From positions 64,001-128,000 of the IMG/VR virus record IMGVR_UViG_3300045988_171772: 64,000 nucleotides of DNA. One strand, 5' to 3'. This stretch comes from a virus. Within the stretch, counting starts at the first letter, position 1. Each line of letters starts with the position of its first letter. The position numbers and the translations under genes are program-made. Shown here piece after piece: positions 39,006-48,900 of this stretch. The notes under the pieces are model-generated. The model made no database searches and was not told where the DNA came from. It saw nothing but the letters and a program-made list of their open reading frames with translations.

Positions 39006-40169
39006 ATGGATGCATATTTCAACTATCACAAAGTAAAATTTGAAGTTTTGCATAGACTCATGAATCCCATAGCGAGAAGACACCAAATTCACAATGTCAA
39101 TGTCTTTATTAACCTGGATGATCTTCTTCATCGGTTACACAGGCCTGTGATCAATGATGAATTGACCATCTCGACATCAAATACCATTGTGAGACTGGTA
39201 TCTTCCATCATCAATATGGCAGCTCACTATAGAGAGTATATGATGAGAGAAGGATGGACTCCCAAGGTCTATCTATGTTACTCTTCTTCTTTTCACGGTC
39301 CTTTTCGGAATATGGTTTATATCGAAAATTATCGAGATCATTTCAAGACCATCAGCAGTGAATTGAATCAGGAGTATGCATATCTCAATCGAGTCATTCC
39401 TCCAGCTCTTAATCTTGTGAAATCCATCTGTCAGTATATTGACGGAGTCTATCTGGTAGATTCTACCTATGTGGAACCTTCTGTATTACCTCTAATTCTC
39501 TCTGAGATAAAACATGCCGATTATAATTTCCTTGTGACAAGAGATGAATATGACTATCAATATACCTCTTATCAGAATTGGGCTATCATCTATGCAAACT
39601 CGGATGAGGAGAAATCTGAATTGATTACCTCTTCCAATCTATGGAAGTTTGTCGCAGAAAAGAATAAGGTCAATACAGAGGATCTTAGTCTTGATTATCA
39701 GGCTTCTCTCTATTCCTTCGTCTTATCTGTGATAGGAAATCGATACAGAGGAATTCCTCGAATCAAGAAGTGCGGTTGGTCTCGGATTCTCTCTATTGTG
39801 GATGAGATATCCAAAGAGCCTACTTCCATCACTGCATCTACTCTAAGAGAGAAAGTCATTGATCGTCTAAAGGGTAAGACGTATCTCACCTTAGATCAGA
39901 TCAGTGCCAATCTCGCCTGTACGGATATCCAGACTCAATATCGTCGTCTCAATATGCAGACGAATTCTGTGTTGAGTATGGACCTTACGACACAAATGGT
40001 AGATGTCCCAGATTATGAAAATCTTCTCACTGTGGATCGCATCTACTTCAAAGACTATCATCTCAATATTCCCTTCTTAACCAAGCAGATGCCTGATTCT
40101 CCCATGGTGAATCGGAAATTTCGATTGGATAAGAAAGGTCCTAAGAAGAAGGAGGGAGATCCTGTATGA
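39006..40169 (+). CDS. possible 5'-3' exonuclease / flap-endonuclease-like protein
   Basis: Long ORF (track start 38916 overlaps dut; ATG 39006 preferred). Weak FEN-like layout: NLDD, YRDHFK, VEPSVL..LVTRDEYDYQ, GNRYRGIPRIKKCGW. Confidence 0.4.
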   Translation: MDAYFNYHKVKFEVLHRLMNPIARRHQIHNVNVFINLDDLLHRLHRPVINDELTISTSNTIVRLVSSIINMAAHYREYMMREGWTPKVYLCYSSSFHGPFRNMVYIENYRDHFKTISSELNQEYAYLNRVIPPALNLVKSICQYIDGVYLVDSTYVEPSVLPLILSEIKHADYNFLVTRDEYDYQYTSYQNWAIIYANSDEEKSELITSSNLWKFVAEKNKVNTEDLSLDYQASLYSFVLSVIGNRYRGIPRIKKCGWSRILSIVDEISKEPTSITASTLREKVIDRLKGKTYLTLDQISANLACTDIQTQYRRLNMQTNSVLSMDLTTQMVDVPDYENLLTVDRIYFKDYHLNIPFLTKQMPDSPMVNRKFRLDKKGPKKKEGDPV

Positions 40170-40684
40170 AACCTTGGTTGATCATTCTCAGCGTCATGAT
40201 TCTTGCCGGAATTCTTTTCAGACATTTCATCGCACCTTTGATTGTGGATATCGTCAATAAGAATGTCGATCCCTCTGTCAGAGCGCATAGACAGAGAATG
40301 AATTCTCATCTGACCAATCTGGTGATCATCGATAGGAAAGATTTGGATATGAAGAAATTCTATAAGATCGAGACTGAAGTAGAGGTCTATCTTATGTATA
40401 TTCAGCATACCCTATCTGAAGACAAGATCTATCCCTCTACAAAAGATGTATTGGAGAATACATTTTTCATTATAAGAGAGAATCGAACCTACTTCTTCTT
40501 TGACAATGACAACTTCCCAGAGATTCCTGTGAATAAGTGTCTTTACATGGACCTACTCAATCCACGTCTAACAAGATCTCTTATCATGGAATATATGGGA
40601 TTCCAAGACAGTGATAGTCAGATTGCCGAGATTCCTTTAACTAATTTCATGACCTTAGGAGGAAGAAGGAATAAACGAAACTAA
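40166..40684 (+). CDS. hypothetical protein with N-terminal TM
   Basis: 172-aa ORF. ATGA start/stop overlap with the upstream gene. SD GGAGGGAG. Confidence 0.65.
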   Translation: MKPWLIILSVMILAGILFRHFIAPLIVDIVNKNVDPSVRAHRQRMNSHLTNLVIIDRKDLDMKKFYKIETEVEVYLMYIQHTLSEDKIYPSTKDVLENTFFIIRENRTYFFFDNDNFPEIPVNKCLYMDLLNPRLTRSLIMEYMGFQDSDSQIAEIPLTNFMTLGGRRNKRN

Positions 40685-40812
40685 AAGGTAATGAGTAATG
40701 GAATTACTTCCATTACCAAGAGCCAATTGTTTCTCTCCTTATTCTAATACTCACAAATAGATCGGATGTATCCAGGATTATAATATCCCGTGATACATCC
40801 GATCTATATTTT

Positions 40813-41442
40813 TTAGTTTTCTTCAATGCTAAAATAGCTCTGATAGATTTTTGAATGCATGACTCTCTTCTCTAAGAATCTGGATTCAAATCCCTCTTGC
40901 CATCGTATTGTAATCTCCACTCTAGGTTTGATTGAGTAGTATTTACGAGTTACTCCATCACTGATAATATTGTCATTGGTAATGAGAATACCCTGAATCA
41001 TATCTGAGTATGTCTTACCAATATTATCCCAGTCTGGATCTGATATAGGGCGAATATATCCTTTCTCAGCCAAGAGAGTATCTACTTTAGAGAATTTTGG
41101 TGTAGGAAGATAGGCATCTACATAGAATTCCGTCCTTGTATAGATGATCTTCTCTGCGAAGATATGCTTCTCAAGCATCTTCTTATTATGAGCAGCATTC
41201 TTGACATAGAAGGTTCCTGTCTTACTGCTATACCTGGGTCTAGGTGTAGACTTTGGTACCAGATAGAGAATGAACCTCATTTCATGCCAAGGAATGTTCT
41301 CAATCATTTCGATCTTCTTCTGCATATCTTCATAGTCTTTGGGTCTCAGTTGAGACTCTAAAAGACGAAGAATTTCTTCTTTGTCAGATGGAATGTGACC
41401 ATACTTTTTGTCATATTCCATCTCTTCTTTCATCATAGGCAT
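40813..41442 (-). CDS. rusA: RusA-family Holliday junction resolvase
   Basis: PKSTPRPRYS...ISDPDWDNIGKTYSDMIQG...TNDNIISD...K matches the RusA P-R-P-R and PD.DN..K..D pattern. Start set at ATG 41442 to avoid overlap with the upstream gene. Confidence 0.7.
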   Translation of the reverse strand: MPMMKEEMEYDKKYGHIPSDKEEILRLLESQLRPKDYEDMQKKIEMIENIPWHEMRFILYLVPKSTPRPRYSSKTGTFYVKNAAHNKKMLEKHIFAEKIIYTRTEFYVDAYLPTPKFSKVDTLLAEKGYIRPISDPDWDNIGKTYSDMIQGILITNDNIISDGVTRKYYSIKPRVEITIRWQEGFESRFLEKRVMHSKIYQSYFSIEEN

Positions 41443-41449
41443 AGTTTTA

Positions 41450-42883
41450 TCATGGAAGCTTTCTAATGTTATTGATGATATTTCCCAATCCATCTCTCCA
41501 GATAGACTGAATAATAGAAGAAGGAATATCCTTCACGGTATCAATGGCAAGAGTTGAGAAGAGATTGATCTTTGTAGAGATAGAGTCAGCTGTCATATCA
41601 GCTCCACAGATCGTACAAAGATACTCAATCAACCCATCATTGTACATAAAGTTGGTAGGATTCGATGTTGTGGATAGGAAAAGCGATGAATACAGAGGAG
41701 TGATATCAAAGGTTACCTCAATTTCCGTAGGAAGACCATCAGCAGTCCAGCTCATATTGTCAGGACCACCTCGATTGATTCTCAGAGAAGTAACGACACC
41801 CATATCTGTATTGAAGAAACCTTTCGAGAATCCTCTTACCAGAAGAGGAGCTTTGAATGTATTTCTCGATTCCTGTCTAGGTAAAGAGAAAGCCATTACA
41901 TGAGCCAAAGGAATAAAGCAGTATTCCATAATCGATTCAGGATCTCCATAGGGAGATACAAATCTGCAGTTTACAGTGATATCCTTACCATATTGGAAAT
42001 CATCAATAAACTGAGGGAATGCCATCTTAGCACCACTAAGATAGCCAATACCTTTGGTAAGCATATCGGCCCATCCAGATCCAGCATCAAGACCTTCTGC
42101 AGTGAATGCTTCTTCAATCGAAGACTTGACATCACTGGTAATAGAACTACCAAGATCACCTGCCAAGAATGCGATGTCTTTCATTTCATCTGTAAAGAGT
42201 CCTTCCAGCTTAGACTGGATAGTAGATTCACGAGTGGATGTACTGATACTATCGCTAGAGTCAGTAGAGACACCTGCATAGAAATGGACATAGCTATTCT
42301 GATCAATGAAGATCTTATCTCCCTGATTTTCTAACCATCCAAAGATTCTATCGGTGACGGTTCCACCACCAGTTCGAACATTGCTCCCGATATGCTGCCA
42401 GTTGTTATAATTGTAATATTTGTATGGAGTCGTGGTCCCCATGACATTCTTATCACCAATGCCAATCAGAATTGCCATCACTCGACAAAGAAGGTTGACC
42501 ATATTTCCATACTCATGCCAAGCAGATGCAAAATCATAGAAATATTTTGCACCTCTCATATTATTGTAAATGCCCTCGACAGCGCCTTCATTCACGCCAC
42601 CTTTGGCAGTATCAATAAGAGAACTGATCCCATAGTTACTCGAGATAAAAGAAGACAATCCTTTTACATGAACCTTACCAGGAGTAATGCTCACGATGGT
42701 AGGATGTGCCATAACGGTCTCGCTCATGGTTCTACCAATGGTGACTTCTCCCTTTTGAGCAGAGACTTTGATTCTGGGATCTACTTGGTGAGTATATTGA
42801 GGTGGTCCTCCAAAAAGTCTAGGGGACATATACATCGTATCAATATTTTTTGATACGTTATACAAACTTCGAAAGTCAGGCAT
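41450..42883 (-). CDS. baseplate / tail-tube-initiator-like structural protein
   Basis: 477-aa ORF directly after the giant tape-measure-like gene. C-terminal GVVTSLRINRGG...WTADGLPTEIEVTFDITPL resembles the tube/gp48-54 fold signature as I recall it. Confidence 0.5.
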   Translation of the reverse strand: MPDFRSLYNVSKNIDTMYMSPRLFGGPPQYTHQVDPRIKVSAQKGEVTIGRTMSETVMAHPTIVSITPGKVHVKGLSSFISSNYGISSLIDTAKGGVNEGAVEGIYNNMRGAKYFYDFASAWHEYGNMVNLLCRVMAILIGIGDKNVMGTTTPYKYYNYNNWQHIGSNVRTGGGTVTDRIFGWLENQGDKIFIDQNSYVHFYAGVSTDSSDSISTSTRESTIQSKLEGLFTDEMKDIAFLAGDLGSSITSDVKSSIEEAFTAEGLDAGSGWADMLTKGIGYLSGAKMAFPQFIDDFQYGKDITVNCRFVSPYGDPESIMEYCFIPLAHVMAFSLPRQESRNTFKAPLLVRGFSKGFFNTDMGVVTSLRINRGGPDNMSWTADGLPTEIEVTFDITPLYSSLFLSTTSNPTNFMYNDGLIEYLCTICGADMTADSISTKINLFSTLAIDTVKDIPSSIIQSIWRDGLGNIINNIRKLP

Positions 42884-42909
42884 ATCCCGTTATTCCCACC
42901 TTTCATAGA

Positions 42910-42922
42910 TTACGAAGGTGTT
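42910..42922 (-). promoter_or_regulatory. AACA-N6-TAA motif (candidate late-type promoter)
   Basis: Minus strand reads AGCCTCAAAAACACCTTCGTAATC, 26 nt upstream of ATG 42883. Confidence 0.55.
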
Positions 42923-42935
42923 TTTGAGGCTAATA

Positions 42936-42975
42936 ATACCCACGTATATGAATTAGTTATCATATACGTGGGTAT
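42936..42975 (-). terminator. hairpin terminator after the giant gene
   Basis: 15-bp stem ATACCCACGTATATG (42936-42950) pairs with CATATACGTGGGTAT (42961-42975). Confidence 0.65.
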
Positions 42976-42993
42976 TTAGAAGCATTTTATAGA

Positions 42994-45900
42994 TTAATAG
43001 GAAGCGATCTTAGCATAAGTAGACCGGAGATTTCCTCTACCGAGACTATCACTATTCAGACCATTATTCAGAGTGGACAGCTTTTGTTTAGCAGAATCTT
43101 TTGCACTCTGCTTTCTCTGGGTGTCACTCTTCTTACCTTCCTTAGAGGCATTCGTATTCTTACCGGTTTCCATCTTCTTGGTAGTACCACCAAGAGCACC
43201 ACCAGAGACCATGTTACCAGTATTGTCACGAATGTCAGTGAGCAGCAGAATCATCTGATCCAGCTTATCACCACTATCAGAAATAGTAGTTTCAGCATCC
43301 TCAGGTCCGCGACCCAGAAGCGGATAATCCTTATAGGCTCCACCCTTAGGCAGCTTCTCCTGAGCTTTCTTTCTTGCAACCTGCTGCTGATAGTAGGCCA
43401 ATTTCTTTTCTTCCATCGTATTGCCAGGCATAGAAGCAAGAATCTTGGGATCAGGTTCTTTATCCATACCCATACCATATCCGACAGAAGTATCGGTGGC
43501 AGTACCATTTGCAGCAGCATTCTCCTCTGCAGCTTCTTCATCAGCCTTGACCTGGTCATAACTCTTACCAGAGATGACAGAATTCATGACACGAGTGCCA
43601 ACCTTATTGAAGATATTACCCACAGAGTTGAAGATTGCATTGAAGAGGTTGGTAGCAGAAGGAGATTCGGATTCACCTTCAGCACCAGTAGTTCCAGTTG
43701 TGGCTCCTGCCGTAGCAGTACCATCTGTAGCACCCGTAGTAGCGCCGGAAGCTCCAGAAGCAGATACCGACATGCCACTAGAGACATTGGGATCCAACTG
43801 TCCAGAAGCACCCTTGCCATCCGGAGTTTCTATAACCTGAGCCCAGTGCATCGGGTTAATAGAACTCGCTGTGGGAGCCCAAGCAGTCTGTGCCGTAGAT
43901 CCTTGTCCATAGGGAGGATTCGGAGCATACGGGTCATTGATAATGATATTGCCATTGGCATCCAGTCCAGTAGCAAGCACGCAGTGAGAACCACCCATTC
44001 CGTACTTGTACATGTTGCTATTATTGCCAACACCGTACATCATAACCATCTTTCTCTGCTTCAGAGCAGAAATAATGGTATCGAGATACTGCGTACCGTC
44101 AACAGTACCAGCGGACTGAGAGCCATTCGCAGGATAACGAGTTACCTTAACGCCAGCCTTCTGCAGGTTGGAGATGGTAGCAGCGTTACCATATTGATTC
44201 AGGAATGTACCAGGGTCAATGGCATTACCAGTAATGGTAGAAGCAGCCATTGTACCAGAGGTATGAACGCATCCAATAGAACCAATAGTTCCTTTATAAG
44301 GAGGCAGGTTCATATTGGAGTACGAGTTACCATTCTGTGAGAAGTAGTAAGCTCCATGCTGAATGGTGGTACCATTATCCTTCACCACATTGGCAGGAGT
44401 CGTACCAGAAGCAGATACTGTGGAGCCTTCGCTTGCCATAGTACCCATTGCATGAGCACCACCCAGTCTCTCCATAGAGTAAGCATGAGTAGCTCCATTC
44501 TGAAGCATACCAGGTGATACCACAGAGGATCCTTCACCATCATCCACGGTATACATACCATCAGGTGTACGACCTGTGACAGTAACGATGTGACCCGCTT
44601 TGGTATAAAGAGAATCACAAGAATTACATCCAGATCCATAACCCATGGATTTACCAGAGACAATGACAGGATTTCCATTATCCAGAGATGCATCCAAAGA
44701 ATCCATCCCGGAGATTTCAGTTCCGGACATACCATATTTACGAGCACCTTCTGTGAAGAGCTTCGCATTGGCACCTCCATCTGTCAACATACCATTTCTT
44801 CTGGCATATCTGCCCACTTCACCAGGATTGGCATTACCGCCAGCTGCATTCACAGCATTCGCCAGTGCAGTAGGTCCACAACCAGAATTGGCCATATTGG
44901 CAGGAGATCCATCCGGAAGAGTACCGAGACTCAAAGAAGCATAAGAAGGATCATCTTGCTTCAGACCACCAGGTCCATAGCCAAGAGCTCCTCCACCATT
45001 TCCAAGAGATGCTCTAGAAGACTGCTTGTTAGCTTCTTTTGCAACGCTCAGAGATGCAGTCATATTGTCTTTCTTGTTTTGCTGATATCTCTTGCTAGAA
45101 GTATCTGTTCCTGATCCATATCCTTCAGTATTAGCAGCAGTGGCGGTTTCTTCGTCCTGCTTCTTATTACCTCCAAATATACCAGAGAACCAGTTACTTA
45201 CAGCCTTACCAGCTCTCTTAGCAGCACCGATTACTCCATTAACGGCTTTACTGCCGATAGTCTGATTCACAATATCATTATATTCGGTAAGAGACAAATC
45301 TTCTTCTGTAAGATTATTATCTTTCAAATATTGCTGATATTCTGCCTCATACTCACTCTGCTTTTGGTCAATGGTCTTAACACCTTTCTTTTCAAGACCA
45401 AAGACTTTGTAGATGAGCTCGTAAATGACTTCGGCGAGTTCTCTCTTGAAATTGGGCAAACCAATAAGCTCACAGATACTAGAAACCAGATCGAATGCAG
45501 GACCGACAAAGGGAAGGTACTCGACAAGAAGGCTGATAATAGCAGATACAGTTCTCATTCCAATATCAACATCGTCTTCGGATATCATGAAAAGATTCGC
45601 AGCATCCAAAGCACCAGAAGCTACTGTAAAGACGCCTGTAATAACTGCACCAGCAGTCTTCAGAGCCTGCCCAGCAGTGCTTGCATTGAATTTTGTGATC
45701 AATTCACTGATCTGTGTAGCAAACTTTGTATTCTTTATTGCGGTCTTCAGATTATTGAAGATTCCAGAAATGAAATCCTTAATCTTCTTAACCAATTCAG
45801 AAGGTTTTACATCTTTCAGAAGTTGTTTAAGAGGACCACAATTTGCAAATTTATCAAGAGCTTCCGTCAGCATATCCAGGAGATTTGTCAGAGACTCCCA

Positions 45901-48900
45901 GACCTTGCTTCCGTTGGTACTTGCCCACTTTGCTGTAGTGAAATCTGCCGCCTTCTTTGTTTTTGTAGCCAAGAATCCTGCGCCTTTTTGAGCCAGGCCA
46001 GTCAGGCCTCTTCCTACAGTGGCAGTACCCTTACCAACAGCTGCAGTTGCTTTACCGAATTTTTTGATAGATTTGACAATCGGAATATGATCGGTTACAA
46101 AATCGACACCTTTTCCTACCCAGGAAAGCGCTTTACCGGCTTTACTACCCTTGACAGCAGCTTTCGCAGCTCCATAAGCGTTCGATGCCTTAACACCGAC
46201 ATCGTGAACGACATCAGCAGCTGTCAAAACTGCCCCACCGGCTTTATTCACAAGAGTACCACCGGCTTTGAAACCAGCTCTTGCTAGATCTCCATCTGTA
46301 CCAGTAACTGCAGTTTGAGCTGCCTTCCTTCTGACAAAATTCGGAATCATCATGCCTCTTTCAGTATTGACGGTAGCAGTAACGACTTCGTTACCATTTT
46401 CGTCAACTCTGGTACCTGCACCGACATAGTCAGGATTCAACTCTTCCATTTCTTCCTTGGTGAATTCTTTAGTGTCTCCACCAAGGACGAATTGACCGAG
46501 GAAATCACCAACCTTATCTCCGATACCTTCAATACCATCCATGATGGCACCACCGATACCTTTTGCAAGAGCACCACCGAGAGAGATAACCGCTTTACCA
46601 AGTACCTCTCCCAAAGTACCGATCAGTTTTCTACCAGTCTCAGAGTTCAGAAGAGCAGCCACAGTGGTAATACCACCAATAGCAAGACCAGCTTTCTTGA
46701 GGATATCCCCAATTCCGCCTTCTTCCTCTTCTTCCTGAGCAACCGCGTCACCTTCAACAGGTTCTGCCTTACCAGGTTCTTCATCTTCTTCACCGGTAGA
46801 ATCCTTCACTTTATCTTTACCCTGAGCCTGAATAGAAGCAGTTTCTTCTGCTTCTCTCGCTCTTCTCTGAGCATCCGCAGCATCTGCTTTGTCCTCATTA
46901 GCCGCAGCAGTCTTTCTTCTATGCTCAGTTTCGGCGATCTCAGCTTTATTTTCTTCTTCTTGCTGCTTAGCTTCTTCAGCCTGATCCTGCATCTTTTGCT
47001 TTTTCTTCTCAATAGCAGCATTGACAGCATTGATGATAGCAGAAGCTTTATCAGAAGCAGTATCAATCAGAGATTCATCCAGAGGAATACCAAGAGTAGC
47101 AGAGATTTGACCCAAAGCAAGAGCAATCTGATTCTTACGAGTCGCTTGTGCTTCTGCTTTTTCTTTCTCTTCTTCTACCTTCTCTGCAGCAATACGGTCA
47201 CGTTCTTGGAGCTCTTTCTTGAAGGCCTCCTGGTTCTTCATCCACTTATCAAAATCTTCTTTATTCTCGATTCTGTTATAAGTTTCATCGATGATGTTAC
47301 CTTCGGCATCCCGTTCAAGATACTGCTCAACGTCTTTCCGTCTCTTTGCATACTCTTTATCAGTCAGATCCTTAGCAGCGTAAGCATCCTTCCGATTATA
47401 TTTACTGAGCACACTATCGAGACGATTTTGTCTCTTACTATTCTGCTTTTCTGCACGATATTTGGCAAATCCAGTCAGGCCAGCAAGAGCTTGCTCTTTA
47501 TTATTAATGAATTTCTGGTAATTCTTTCCGATATACTCATTGAGAGCATTGGGGTCGATCTGACCATTCTCATCTCTCGGAAGAGCATTCCAGGCTTTAT
47601 CCTTGACATTACCGTTTCGATCCTTAGGAAGCAATTCTTCCATAGCAGCTTGTCTTTCCATAGGATCGACACTCTGCATTCTAGACTGAATATCATCCAA
47701 TCTATCTTTCTCATCTTGATACTGAGCTCCATAATAGGATTCAGCACCCTGAGCCATAGAAGATTTAAATGCTCCGATTCTAGCACGAATTCCACCCTTC
47801 TGAGTGACAGCGGATTTCGCACTATCCTTCAGATTTCCTAAGAGACCATGTCTAACATAACCAGCTCTAGCTCCCCAACGAGCATTCCTTCTCGCTCGTC
47901 TCTGACCTCTGAGGTTCTTTAAGAACTCAAGAGGATTCTCTGCATTTCTACTATTCCAGAGATCAGCGATGAGTTGAGTCGGTTTCGCTGCAATCCATGT
48001 AGCAGCTTTAGCAGCAGTCTTCAGTGCGAACGCTCCACCTTTGACAGTGGCACCCAACATAGCACCGGTAATCTTGACAATCCCATTATTGAGAGCCTGC
48101 ATAGGATGGGTAATAATGGAAATCACATTCTTACCAACATTCTGGATGGTTTCAACCATGGACTTTGTCACAGGATTTTTCAGTCCCATGTCTCTGAAGG
48201 CGGCTACAATAGGAGCAAACTGAGCTTTCGCATAGCTTGCAACTTCATTCTTGACAGAGTCAAAAGAAGACTTCAGAAGATTCTTTCCTTCTGTCTGAAG
48301 CATGTTTGTCCACTGACCGACCATACCAGTCTTCTCAACATGGACAACTCCATTTTCATCTACTGTCTTTGATCCAAAGAAGAGTCTCTTGAAATCAAAT
48401 CCAGTAGTAGCGATACCCACAGTAGCACCAAGAATGGCACCACCAATAGGACCACCGGGAAGGAAGAGAGAACCTAAGACTCCACCAATACCTGCGCTCA
48501 TAGCAGTTCTCTTGGTAAAACCTACCTTAGCTTTGATCTTCTGCCACAGATTTGCTGCGATTTCCTTACCATCTGTAAAGACATCTTCCACCGCTTCCGC
48601 AGATTTATTCAGCTCATCAATAGCGATATTGATCGAGGCCTTGGTATCTTTCTCTCTATTCTTATCCTCGGATCTTCTTCTAGAAGCTTCGTTGGTATTG
48701 GATCCAGGTCTTCTTGCATTCTGGTTATTGGCTCTACGAGCAGGAGCACCACCGAGTCTCTCACCATTACCAAGAGCTCCATTATCATTATTGGTATTAT
48801 CAGAAGGAGCATTCGGATCCTTACCAGTCATTACCTGAGTGGATTTATCTCTCACCTTCTGCTTGAAGGTACGAGTATCCTTAGGCTTCTTCTTGATTTC

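Noticed and set aside
43084-47841. Plus-strand ORFs 43084-44340, 45331-46287, 46315-47841 and other smaller ones
   Set aside because: All are antisense shadows inside the 8.3-kb giant gene. None has an SD, and they are Ser/Ile/Phe-rich low-complexity sequence.
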